Source: Eledone cirrhosa
Taxonomy: Eukaryota
Length of the DNA: 64,000 bases
Reading direction: 5' to 3'
Assembly (NCBI GenBank): GCA_964016885.1
Contig: OZ024757.1
Span: forward strand, 14,508,001-14,572,000
Made by a program: the position numbers and the translations under genes. Under the pieces are notes generated by a model that was not told the origin of the DNA, did not search any database, and saw nothing but the letters and a program-made list of their open reading frames with translations. Of the stretch, positions 1-11,539 are shown one piece after another; positions within the stretch are counted from its first letter, which is position 1; every line of letters starts with the position of its first letter.

Positions 1-1760
1 TCACTATATTCGTTGTTAATTCTAACCTTGCTGACTGTTTCTTTATACATGGCTTGTATAGCTCTCACAAGCCATTCATCAACACCTAGTTTTCTAAGGG
101 CCCACCAGATAATCGAGCAGGGTACTCTGTCAGAGGCTTTCTCCAAGTCAACAAAAGCTAAGTATAGGGCTTTACTTTTAGCTAGGTACTTCTCCTGTAG
201 TTGTCGTACAATGAAAAGAGCGTCTGTTGTACTTTTACCTGACACAAACCCGAACTGCATTTCGTCTAGATCAATTCGCTCTCTGATTAGTTGCGCCATT
301 ACTTTTTCTGTGACCTTCTTGACCTGGTCAATTAATTTAATGCCTCTATAGTTTCCCCTATCTAAGGCATCACCTTTACCGTTGTAGCAGTTAATGATGA
401 TGTTGCTGCGCCAGTCCTTCGGAACGACCCCATTCTGTATGACTTGGTTTACTATCCGGGTGACCATAGTGTGTCCCACCGTTCCAGATGCTTTCAGCAT
501 TTCGGCAACTATTTCCGAAGGCCTGGCCACCTTGCCCGTCTTCATGTCTTTGATCGCCTTACTTATTATACTACCTTCAACTTGCACTGCTGGTCCCTCT
601 ATTGGGTCGATGTGGGGGAGACTGTCTTTCTCCCAATTATTCTCCTCATTTAGTAGCCTTTCGTAGTGACTCAGTCCTCTTGCTTCCAACTGCTGTTTCC
701 ATAGCCAGAATTTATTCTCTAGCTCCTCTACTGATTCTTCTATAAGGACCAGATCGTCAGCATAGAGAAGTTCCCATGGACAGCCAGTCTTAAACTCCTC
801 TGTTATGGCTTGGAGGACTATAATGGAGGACAGTTGGAAGCAAGAGGACTGAGAGTGAACCTAGCTAAGACAAAAGTGTTGATGAGTAGAAAAGAGAACA
901 AAACTCTGATTCCGTCAGGGAAATGGCCATGTTCGATATGCAGAAAAGGAACTGGCATAAATTCTATAAAATGCACACAATGCAGATCCTGGGTACACAA
1001 GAGATGTAGCAGGATAGCAGGCAAACTAACAGGTAGGTAGAAATATGTATGCAGTAGATGTACAGGGAAATTAGACAGTAGAAGTCGCATTGATAGACAC
1101 ATTTTTCAAATGCAGGAGGGCGCTATAGAAGTGGTGGATAGCTTCCGGTACCTAGGGGATCAGATTAGCATGGGAGGAGGGTGTTCTGAGGCCATAGTAT
1201 CTAGAATAAGGACGGGTTGGAAGAAGTTTAGGGAGCTGCTTCCTCTGTTGACGAAGAAGGGTTTCTCCCTGCGTACGAAAGGCCGGGTGTATGATGCCTG
1301 TGTGAGGAGCGCGATGCTGCATGGTAGTGAGACATGGGCAGCAACTGCAGAGGATATGCGACGGCTGGAGAGAAATGAGGCAAGCATGCTCCATTGGATG
1401 TGCAGTGTAAATGTGTGAGAATGACCCAGCATAAATGTGTTGAGAGAGAAACTGTGTCTGAGAGGGATGGAATGTAGTGCACGGGAGAGGAGACTGAGGT
1501 AGTATGGACATGTGATGCGCATGGAGGATGACCGATGGGTGAAGAAGTGCCAGGAAATGCCAGTTGAAGGAATACATGGTAGAGGTAGACCACGAAAAAC
1601 ATGGGCGGAGGTGGTGAGAACAGACCTCAGATCATTGAAGCTCACGGTGGAGATGACATAGGACCGTGGCGAGTGGAGAGATGCTGTGCTGAATAAGACC
1701 CGTCCCACCCTTGCAAGCAGGGAAAAGCGGACGTAAAATGATGATGATGATGATGATGAT
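1..1760. mobile_element. Rearranged, decayed RTE-clade LINE: 1-669 (-) RT N-part; 670-830 (-) YADD segment; 831-1760 (+) 3' part with Cys/His finger, C-terminus and (TGA)n tail
   Basis: Minus strand reads ...KGDALDRGNYRGIKL...QFGFVSGKSTTDALFIVRQLQEK...AFVDLEKA... and ...IIVLQAITEEFKTGCPWELLYADDLVL...; plus strand reads QLEARGLRVNLAKTKV...CSIC...CTQC..WVHKRC...FRYLG...LHGSETW..., with in-frame stops (e.g. 1038-1040, 1416-1418), ending GGAAAAGCGGACGTAAAA(TGA)n. Confidence 0.93.
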
Positions 1761-2010
1761 ATATATTAGTTACAGTGATGGTTTTTACAAGACATAGTTG
1801 AAAGGAAATATTTTCATATTTATACCAACACATATACACACATATATACATACACACACACACACACACAGATATATATATAAAATGATGAGATATATAT
1901 ATATATAGACGTTAAACGATGATGATGATATATATAGTTGAAAATGAACAAACAAAACACAGGAGGCAATAGTACATAGTTATATTAAGTTCACGCTTGA
2001 TGGAAGTGGA

Positions 2011-2065
<55 letters not shown>

Positions 2066-2186
2066 GATAAATCTACCAAGAGTTTACGGTAGTGTCCAAT
2101 CCGTATGAAGAACTCAATGTATTCCGGATATCATGGAAAGAAGATCATTATTTGTTTAATATTTTATATATATATATATATATATA

Positions 2187-2219
<33 letters not shown>

Positions 2220-2339
2220 TCACAAATACTGACATAGTAACACACAAAAACACAAATATGCATCACATGTACACACACACATATGTCATGTGACATAGTA
2301 ACTATGAGGATGTAGAAAACTGATAAGCACTATGCTGTT

Positions 2340-2492
2340 GAGAGAGAGAGAGAGAGAAAGAGAGGGAGAGAGAGAATGAGTGGGGTACAGACAGACAGAG
2401 AGCAATAGAGAAACAGATAGAGAGAGAGAGAGATAGTGAGACAGAGACATAAATAGAGAGAGAGAGGGGAACAGACAGAGAGAGACATAAAT

Positions 2493-2529
<37 letters not shown>

Positions 2530-2828
2530 CATAGAGAGAGAGAGAGAGAGAGATAGGGGAACAGACAGAGACATAGAGAGAGAGAGAGAGAGAGAGATAG
2601 GGGAACAGACAGAGACATAGATAGAGAGAGACATGAGACAGAGACATAAATAGAGAGAGAGAGAGAGGGGGAACAGACAGAGAGAGACAGAGAGAGCAAT
2701 ATAGAGAGAGAGACATAAATAGAGTGAGAGAGAGAGAGAGAGAGAGAGACAGAGACATAGATAGAGTGAGAGAGAGAGGGGTACAGACAGAGAGAGACAG
2801 AGACATAGATAGAGAGAGAGAGAGAGAT

Positions 2829-2859
<31 letters not shown>

Positions 2860-4210
2860 TAGAGAGATAGAGAGACAGAGACATAAATAGAGTGAGAGAG
2901 AGAGAGGGGAATAGACAGAGAGAGACCGAGAGAACGATATAGAGACAGAGAGAGACAGAGAGAGATATAGAGACAGAGACATAGATAACTTTCTTTTTAT
3001 TTGCCACCAGGGCATCAAAAGTGGGACAAGTACAAAGGGGGGAGTTTACATGCAAAGGCGTCCTCAATATGGAGGAGGCAATAACAAGATATAAAAGTAT
3101 AAAAATAAAATAAAATATAACAAAATAAATTTTATAACAAAATCCTCAATAGGGAGGAGGCGCCTTTGGGGGTCGCACACACCCCCGAAAAAAAGTGTGC
3201 AACCCTTCTCCTCAAGAGCACAGCGAGGGGGTGCTCCCTTGGTCTTTCATCTTCCTCACCTATAGTCTGATGTAGAGTGAAGGCCCATTCACACGGGCCA
3301 TAGACATAGATAGAGAGAGAGAGAGATAGAAAGACAGAGACATAAATAGAGTGAGAGAGAGAGAGGGGAACAGACAGAGAGAAACAGAGAGAACGATATA
3401 GAGACAGAGACATAGATAGATAGATAGAGAGAGAGAGAGAGAGCGACATAGAGAGAGAGAGAGAGACATAGAGAGAGAGATAGAGAGACAGAGACATAAA
3501 TAGAGTGAGATGGAGAGACAGAGACATAAATAGAGTGAGAGAGAGAGAGGGGGACAGAGAGAAACAGAGAGAGCGATATAGAGACAGAGACATAGATAGA
3601 GAGAGAGAGAGAGATAGAGAGACAGAGACATAAATAGAGTGAGAGAGAGAGAGGGGAACAGACAGAGAGAACGATATAGAGACAGAGACATAGATAGAGA
3701 GAGAACGATATAGAGACAGAGACATAGATAGAGAGATAGAGATAGAGACATAGATAGAGAGAGAGAGAGATAGAGACAGAGACATAGATAGAGAGAGAGA
3801 GAGAGAGACATAAATAGAGTGAGAGAGAGGGGAACAGACACAGAGAGACAGAGAGAGATAGAGAGACAGAGACATAAATAGAGTGAGAGAGAGAGAGAGG
3901 GGGGAACAGACAGAGAGAAACAGAGAGAGCGATATAGAGACAGAGACATAGATAGAGAGAGAGATAGAAAGACAGACATAAATAGAGTGAGAGAGAGGGG
4001 AACAGACACAGAGAGACAGAGACATAGATAGAGACAGAGAGAGAGAGAGAGAGATAGAGTGAGAGAGGGGAACAGACACAGAGAGACAGAGACATAGATA
4101 GAGAGAGAGAGATAGAGAGATAAAGAGACAGAGACATAAATAGAGTGAGAGAGAGAGAGGGGAACAGACAGAGATAAATAGAGAGAGAGAGAGACAGACA
4201 GAGACAGAGA
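2340..4210. repeat. Compound (GA)n/GACA/GATA microsatellite array, interrupted by a LINE fragment
   Basis: Continuous gagagagacagagacatagata-type units. Confidence 0.95.
2988..3301 (-). mobile_element. 5'-truncated Tx1/L1-like LINE 3' end (copy 1)
   Basis: Highly similar to the reverse complement of 44440-44746; A-rich end AATAAAAAGAAAG; flanked by AGACATAGATA at 2977-2987 and 3302-3312. Confidence 0.85.
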
Positions 4211-4234
4211 AAGATTGGGTGAATATTCACCTAC

Positions 4235-4339
4235 CTTCAGTGTTTCTTTCAAAATGAAAGCTATCAAAACTTCATCCAGCCTGCTCTTACGCGTTACCAA
4301 ATCCTTCGAAAGATCTGTCACAGATCCATTCTGACACAA
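4235..4339 (-). CDS. MYO3: Class III myosin kinase domain, exon encoding LCQNGSVTDLSKDLVTRKSRLDEVLIAFILKETLK
   Basis: 105 nt, acceptor ttttccag at 4340+, donor AAG|gtaggt, phase 0/0; resembles the MYO3A segment LCSGGSVTDLVKG...LIAYILHEAL. Confidence 0.92.
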
Positions 4340-4494
4340 CTGGAAAAGAGGCAAAAATAAACCCAGATTTCAATGGTAAGCCAATGAATAAACAGTTACA
4401 TGGTCACATGATCTTCCAAAAGCAGCATGCCAAAAACCTTGTTCATATCCCATATCTCTGACATACTCAACGATGGCTAAATACACATACTTAT

Positions 4495-4813
4495 ATCATC
4501 ATCATCATCATCATCATTTTACGTCCGCTTTTCCCTGCTTGCAAGGGTGGGACGGGTCTTATTCAGCACAGCATCTCTCCACTCGTCACGGTCCCTCGTC
4601 ATCTCCACCGTGAGCTTCAATGATCTGAGGTCTGTTCTCACCACCTCCGCCCATGTTTTTCGTGGTCTACCTCTACCACGTCTTCCTTCAACTGGCAATT
4701 CCTGGCACTTCTTCACCCATCGGTCATCCTCCATGTGCATCACATGTCCATACCACCTCAGTCTCCTCTCCCGTACACTACATTCTATCCCTCTCAGACA
4801 CAGTTTCTCTCTC
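4495..4813 (-). mobile_element. 5'-truncated RTE LINE 3' end
   Basis: Near-identical reverse complement of 1443-1760; REKLCLRGIECSVRERRLRWYGHV...GRGRPRKTW; (TGA)n tail. Confidence 0.93.
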
Positions 4814-4917
4814 ATATATATATTAAAGAGTTAAACAAGATTCAATGAGTATATCAAAGAATGAGTTTTACAGTAGATTGGAAGCACTCTATAGTAAATC
4901 ATTTTCCAGAGTTATTA

Positions 4918-5227
4918 ATATTAAAATACAAATATTAATAAAATAGATGTTCTTTTTATCAATTACATTTTATTATACATATTTCAGATGTACAACAGTA
5001 CGTCCTCATCAGACAAAATATAATGATACATGACATACCCTGAGATGTTAAATGGTTAAGATTTAATCACTACCTTGATTAAAGCTTAACCATTTAACAT
5101 CTCAGGGTATGTCATGTATCATTATATTCTGTCTGATGAGGACGTACTGTTGTACATTTGAAATATGTATAATAAAATGTAATTGATAAAAAGAACATCT
5201 ATTTTATTAATATTTGTATTTTAATAT
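4918..5227. mobile_element. Fold-back Penelope-like terminal fragment with hammerhead-like core
   Basis: About 150-bp near-perfect inverted arms around a 6-nt loop (CTACCT); CTGATGA 5133-5139 ... GAAA 5160-5163 followed by AATAAA; ends in (TA)n. Confidence 0.7.
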
Positions 5228-5309
5228 ATATATATATATATATATATGACTGCTAGAGTAAACCTCTTCAAATGAAGTTGATGTTTATTACGGTATGTCG
5301 AATATATTT

Positions 5310-5435
5310 ATCTATAAAACTGTTTATATTGTATTTTGTCTGATGAAGGCATAGCATATTGTTAATATGATATCCCCGAAATATATATAATGAAATAAAT
5401 ATGGTTTTATAAATATAGTTTTCCATTTATTTAAT

Positions 5436-5466
<31 letters not shown>

Positions 5467-5905
5467 GCAAAAGTTCTATTTAAAGTTGTTGGGATACAAC
5501 AAGTAAATATTTTTATAACTGATATAAAGCACTCAACAAATTTTTGGAGTAGATATACGATATTAATAAATGGAAAATATATTTATAAAACCATATTTAT
5601 TTCATTATACATATTTCAGGGATACCACATTAAATTATGGTATGCCTTCATCAGACAAAATACAATATATAACAGTTTTACAAATAGGTTTGACGTACCC
5701 TTTAAAATACAACCATTACTTTTGGAGGCTGTCTGGATAGTCAGACAGCCTCCAAAAGTAATGGTTGTATTTTAAAGGGTACGTCAAACCTATTTGTAAA
5801 ACTGTTATATATTTTGTCTGATGAAGGCATACCATAATTTAATGTGGTATCCCTGAAATATGTATAATGAAATAAATATGGTTTTATAAATATAGTTTCC
5901 ATTTA

Positions 5906-5912
<7 letters not shown>
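5310..5912. mobile_element. Related Penelope-like fragments: single copy 5310-5436 and fold-back 5560-5912
   Basis: Inverted arms around GATAGT (5736-5741); each arm has CTGATGAAGG...GAAATAT; (TA)n flanks. Confidence 0.7.
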
Positions 5913-5943
<31 letters not shown>

Positions 5944-6384
5944 ATGGCTGCAACCCGATTTCAAGTAATGCCATCGCTTGATACTTAAGCATGAGTATCA
6001 CAGACGTGGCTTTTTAGACTTGCCTATGGCCAACCATGCCATACATCACAAAAAATGTCACATATCAAGCGATATCTGTGCTTGAAGCTTTTTTAAGTGA
6101 GGAAAGGCTTTGCATGGGGCCAATCCCATTCTCTGAACATCGAATGCATTTGCCCTCAAATGAAGAACAGATCTACATCATTGGATACAAATGAAGTCAC
6201 AGGTTTTATATCAGAGTTACCTTCTCCTACAGCAGCGGTTCCCAACCTTTTATAATAAATTCCACCTTAATGATATAGCAAAACAGTAGGCAAAAATGAA
6301 GAAAGCGGCAAGGAAGAAGGCAAAGAAGAAGAAAAAGCAGTAAAAGAAAAAGAAAGCGAAGAAGATGAAAAAATAGCCCCTTAC

Positions 6385-6557
6385 CTCCATAACAATCCAT
6401 AACTGGTCTTCCAGCTTGCTTTCTTTCTTCAGGTACAATCCATAAAATTGTGGAAAATTGGGGTTATTACTCACAGCCTTTAGAATCTGATATTCCTGCT
6501 CAATCTCTTCAACAGTTTCATGGATGTTTTCCATTATTTTGGCAGCAGCTTTTTGGC
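6385..6557 (-). CDS. MYO3: Class III myosin kinase domain, exon encoding (G)QKAAAKIMENIHETVEEIEQEYQILKAVSNNPNFPQFYGLYLKKESKLEDQLWIVME
   Basis: 173 nt, acceptor ttgcag, donor GAG|gtaagg, phase 1/0, joins both neighbours in frame; beta3 Lys and alphaC Glu (EEIE.EY.IL) typical of MYO3/NinaC. Confidence 0.93.
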
Positions 6558-6589
6558 CTGCAATAGTATCACACGTGGTCTAATGTTCT

Positions 6590-7245
6590 GTGTTGGTTGA
6601 TGGTGATGGTGGTGATGATGGTGGCAGTGGTGGTGATGATGATGATGATGATGGTGGTGGTGATGATGGTGGTGGCGGCGGTGGTTGGTGGTGGTGATGG
6701 TGGCGGCGGCGGTGGTGGGGGTTGGTGGTGGTGGTGCTGGTGCTGGTGGCAGCGGCGGTGGTGGGTTGATGGTGGTGCTGGTGCTGGTGGCGGCGGTGGT
6801 GGGGGTTGGTGGTGGTGGTGATGGTGGTGGTGGTGGTAGTTGGCAGTGAAGATGATAGTGGTGATTATGATGGTGCTGATGATGATGATGATGGTGATGG
6901 CAGCAGTGGTGGTGGTGGTGGTGAAGATGGTGGTGAAGATAATGGTGGTAATTATGATGGTGGTGGTGGTGGTGGTGAAGAGGATGATGGTAATTATGAT
7001 GATGATAATGCTGATGATGGTGGTGGTAATTATGATGATATGGTGGTGGTGATGGTAACTTTAGTGATTTGATGATGGTGATGATGATAGTTTTGATGAC
7101 ATGATGGCAGTGATAAGGTTGATCATTTTAACGATAGGATGGTTTTATGATGATGATGATGATGATGATGACGACGATGGTGATAAGATTGATGATAAAA
7201 TTTGATAATTTTGAGGCTATGTAGATGATGATGATGATGATGGTG
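6590..7245. repeat. (GGT/GAT)n trinucleotide-rich intron
   Basis: Low-complexity ggt/gat runs between exons. Confidence 0.9.
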
Positions 7246-7269
7246 TTAGTTTGGGAGGCGATCCCTTAC

Positions 7270-7476
7270 CTGTTTCTTTGTTTCTTACGGCATACACCTC
7301 TCCATAGGTGCCCTCTCCAACCAGTTCCTGTAGCTCCCATATTCCCGTAGGATCCTTAAGCTGCTCAAAATCAACTATCTTGCTGTACTTGGAATACATT
7401 TTTAACATATCTGCCCTTTGAACATCACGTTTAGGACTTCCCACTGGGGCGGGGCAACGCTTGGGGCTGAATCCCA
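7270..7476 (-). CDS. MYO3: Class III myosin exon with Gly-rich loop (MLKMYSKYSKIVDFEQLKDPTGIWELQELVGEGTYGEVYAVRNKETG); ATGs at 7408 and 7399, frame open back to the acceptor
   Basis: Acceptor tctatttttcag (7477+), donor CAG|gtaagg, phase 1 end; GEGTYG motif; resembles MYO3A [23 protein letters not shown]. Confidence 0.9.
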
Positions 7477-7793
7477 CTGAAAAATAGAAACAGATGTGGA
7501 AAAATAGGTTATGAAATTGTTGACGTGAAGTATCATAGATTGAGAAACAAATGTGAGAAACAGATGTAAAAAAGATGCAAGATAGATGTGGAAGAGGTTT
7601 TTAAATAAATGGGAATTGTGTAAAATAGATTGTGAAATATATGGACATACAATGTGGCAGGAAGCCACAGTAGAGGAAGACCAAGGAAGACCTGGGGTGA
7701 GGTGGTTAGAGCTGATTACAAATCACTGAAGTTCATAAGTGTTGATGAAGAAATTAAACGAGTGCAGGGATGCAGTGCTGAAAAAAATCCTGT

Positions 7794-8626
7794 TTAACCA
7801 TTTAGCATTTAAACCAGCTGTATTTGACCAGAATTTTCTCACCTCTTTCAGTTCAAACAAGCTGCTCATACTGATGCTAAGGTATTGGTTTCAAAATAAA
7901 TAATATCAAAATCTCATAATTATGTAAAGTAAATATAGAGTAATGTAAATATTATGCGAGATAATTATATGAGGTAAAGTCTTTACCATGAAAATACAAT
8001 AGTATATATAGAGTAATGTAAATGTTATGTGAGATATTATGTAAGGTAAAGTCTTTACCATGAAAATACAATAGTATATATAGAGTAATGTAAATATTAT
8101 GCGAGATAATTATGTGAGGTAAAGTCTTTACCATGAAAATACAATAGTATATATAGAGTAATGTAAATATTATGTGAGATAATTATATGAGGTAAAGTGT
8201 TTACCATGAAAATACAATAGTATATATAGAGTAATGTAAATATTATGTGCGATAATTATGTGAGGTAATGTCTTTACCATGAAAATACAATAGTATATAT
8301 AGAGTAATGTAAATATTATGTGAGATATTATGTGAGATAAAGCCTTTACTGTGAAAATATAATAGTATGTATAGAGTAATGTAAATATTATGTGAGATAT
8401 TATGTGAGGTAAAGCCTTTACTGTGAAAATATAATAGTATGTATAGAGTAATGTAAATATTATGTGAGATATTATGTGAGGTAAAGCCTTTACTGTGAAA
8501 ATATAATAGTATGTATAGAGTAATGTAAATATTATGTGAGATATTATGTGAGGTAAAGCCTTTACTGTGAAAATACAACAGTATGTATAGAGTAATGTAA
8601 ATATTATGTAAATGCTAGAGAGTTAA
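7794..8626 (+). mobile_element. piggyBac-like MITE with an internal ~60-bp tandem expansion (about 7930-8610)
   Basis: TTAA-CCATTTAGCATTTA ... TAAATGCTAGAGAG-TTAA ends; same family as 21896, 40983, 51245. Confidence 0.75.
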
Positions 8627-8759
8627 TCAATTCAATTATAGGGTATGTCATTTCGATATGTGGTCATGAAAGGGTGAAACAAATGAAAAAAGATGCAGAA
8701 CATCAAAATCAATGAGTGACGTACTAGACTTGAAAGAGAACTAGATTTGTCATGACAGC

Positions 8760-9254
8760 TTAACTCTTTAGCATTAGTATATATACTATTTTATTTTCAT
8801 GGTAAAAGCTTTACCTCACATAATATTTACATTACTCTATATTTACTATTGTATTTTCATAGTAAAGACTTTACCTCACATAATATCTCGCAAAACATTT
8901 ACATTACTCTATATATACTATTGCATTTTCATGGTAAAGACTTTACCTCACATAATATTTACATTACTCTATATATACTATTGTATTTTCATAGTAAAGG
9001 CTTTATCTCGCATAACATTTACATTATATAGACTATTGTATTTTCATGGTAAAGACTTTACCTCACATAATTATCTTACATAACATTTACATTGCTCTAT
9101 ATATACTATTGCATTTTCATGGTAAAGACTTTACCTCACACACTATTGAATCTATGAGATTTTGATGTTATTTATTTTGAGAAAAATACCTTAACGTCAG
9201 TATGAGTGGCCAGTTACAGCTGGTTTCAACAGAAAGAAGTGAGTGAAGGGTTAA
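8760..9254 (-). mobile_element. Second, inverted copy of the piggyBac-like MITE with tandem expansion
   Basis: TTAACTCTTTAGCATT start, AGGGTTAA end; units are the reverse complement of those in 7930-8610. Confidence 0.7.
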
Positions 9255-9409
9255 GATTAAGTGTTAATGTCCTGTGCCACATGAAATTGCATTAATAAGA
9301 CATACTTGAAATATATAGAACAGGCATGGGCAAATTGCCTATGAACTTTTCATCCAACCCTCGATTTGACGCAAACAGTAAGTATTGCCCTTTTATAGAC
9401 ACAAATGCA

Positions 9410-9690
9410 CACTGATGCATAGACACAGATACACAGACATACATAAACACACACACACAAATACAGACTGAGAGAGATACAGAGACAAATTCATACACAC
9501 ACAGACACATACACAGATACAAAAACATACATAGACAGACACACACATATACACAGGCACACACACACACAGATATACAAAGACATATACACACAGATAC
9601 ACAAACAGACACACACACAAATACACATACACACACACACAGATGTACAGACACAAACACACATTAAGAGAAACACAAAAACACAAACAC
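9410..9690. repeat. (CA)n-type degenerate microsatellite
   Basis: acacacagacacatac runs. Confidence 0.9.
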
Positions 9691-10091
9691 AATTCGGGTT
9701 AATTTTTTTTTTGTTTTTTCTTACAATTTGGGTTTTCCATAAATTATTTTCCAGTATCTATATTTATCATATAGACACCCCTCCACATTTATAGACACCC
9801 CACCTTCACATTTATAAACTCTACACACCTCCAGATACTTAAAAACATTAAAAAAATAAAAATAAAAAATAACCCACAAAATGTTCCCCAAAAGTTAATC
9901 GATAGAAGAAAAAAAAAATCAATAAGAACTGAAGATTAGAGGTGAAACCTCAGAAATGTGAAATTAAATATCATCTCAACCCAAAATTATTTCTATATTT
10001 GATATTTCCACACGCCTCACAAGTTACAGACTTTCTATGGAAGCCACACAGTGCTAAAATTTTGTTTCCTCCTCCTCCTCATCATCATCAT

Positions 10092-10350
10092 GGTGGAAAT
10101 GTGTGGCCTAGTGGTAAGGGTGTTGGACTTACAATCATAATGTCATGGGTTTAATTCCTGGACTGAGTTGTGTGTTGTGTTCTTGAGCAAAACACTTCAT
10201 TTCACTCTGCTCCAGTATACTCAGCTGAAAATGAGTACCAGCAATAGCTGGGAGTTTAACCCTGCGATGGACTGGTGTCCTGTCCAGGGGGGGGGGGGGG
10301 GAGTCTTGTACTCTCAGTTGCTTCATGCCATGAAACAAGGATAAGCATGG
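10092..10350 (+). mobile_element. tRNA-derived SINE with Meta-domain-like core
   Basis: A-box-like TGGCCTAGTGG and degenerate B box, then CTTGAGCAAAACACTT ... AACCCTGCGATGGACTGG..TCCAGGGG ... GCTTCATGC..GAAAC..GATAAGC. Confidence 0.7.
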
Positions 10351-10669
10351 GACTGATGTCCTATCCAGGAGGGAGTTTCATACTCACAGTCATAAAACCC
10401 GTAAAACAGGGACAAGCACCAGCCTGATAAAACTCTGGGGGGCTTGGGACAAAAAGAAGAAAAAATAAGTCATCATCATCGTTTTTATGACAGGTATCAC
10501 CTGGCACTTCTGTACCCAGTTACCATCTTCCAGACACATCACATGGCTACAGTCCATTTTGGCATAGGTTAGATGGGTCAGCACATTTCAAGATATCGAA
10601 GAAACCTCATCTTGCTCATATATTCCATATTTTAGCATGGTTTCTATGGCCGAATGTCTTTCATAATGC

Positions 10670-11000
10670 CAACCATTTTTCAGAGTATACTAGGTGCATT
10701 TTATCAGGGCACCAGCGCTACTAATTCACAAAATGTTCTAGATGTATTTTATCACAGCACCAATACTATCATTTTACAGAATGCTCTGAACGTATTTTAT
10801 TGTGGTACCAGTGCTACCACTTTGCAGGGTGTACTGGGTGCATTTTATTGAAGCACCAACACTACCACTTTGCAGGGTATACTGGGTGCATTTTATTGAG
10901 GCACGAATGTTACCACTTTGTGGAGTGTACTGGGTACATTTTATTGAGGCACCAGTACTATGATTTTACAGAGTGTACCCAGTGTATTTTATCATGGCAT
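10670..11000. repeat. Degenerate ~47-bp tandem repeat (ACTTTGCAGGGTGTACTGGGTGCATTTTAT...CACC)
   Basis: About 7 diverged units; related to the 34930-35790 array. Confidence 0.7.
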
Positions 11001-11539
11001 TAACGCTAAAAAGATTGTTTAGTACTCAGGAACACCGAAGAATTTTCTCTACCTTGTCTCCATTTGAATACCAACCTCTTAACTGAGAGTATTGGGTGCA
11101 TTTTATCCTGACCCCATCACTAGAGACATTGCCAGGTCTTTGACAGGACCAAAGTATCCCCCTCTACCCTATGTTCTCATAGTTTATTTGTTTATCACTT
11201 TACAGAGGGTACTGAGTGCATTCCATTATAAATATATGTTCCTAAAGTTTATCGATATTTTATCGATATTTTCCTTTGTTGACAGAAATAAAGTAATTGA
11301 AAATATGATTTTTGATTTTCTTAATTTTAAATGTTTTTTTTTTCCTGGTTTATTTTTCTAGTTTTCTCTGTTCTGGGGCTTTGTGTTCTGAGTTCAAATC
11401 TGGCTGGGGTCAACTTTGTCTTTCATCATTCGGAGATTGATAAAATAAAGTACCAGTAACACGTTGGGGTTGATTTAATCAACTTTCCCCTCTCTCCCTT
11501 CCCCTAAAATTGTAGGCCTTGTGCCTAAATCAGAAACCA

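Noticed and set aside
2286-4230. Several long Ser/Leu-rich ORFs
   Set aside because: Translations of (TC)n microsatellite; only 4235-4339 is a real exon.
6250-6384. Hydrophobic C-terminal tail (FFIFFAFFFF...) on the kinase ORF
   Set aside because: Read-through past a canonical GT donor into a (TTC)-rich intron.
6806-7072. Asp/Gly-rich plus-strand ORF
   Set aside because: (GAT/GGT)n repeat within an intron of the minus-strand gene.
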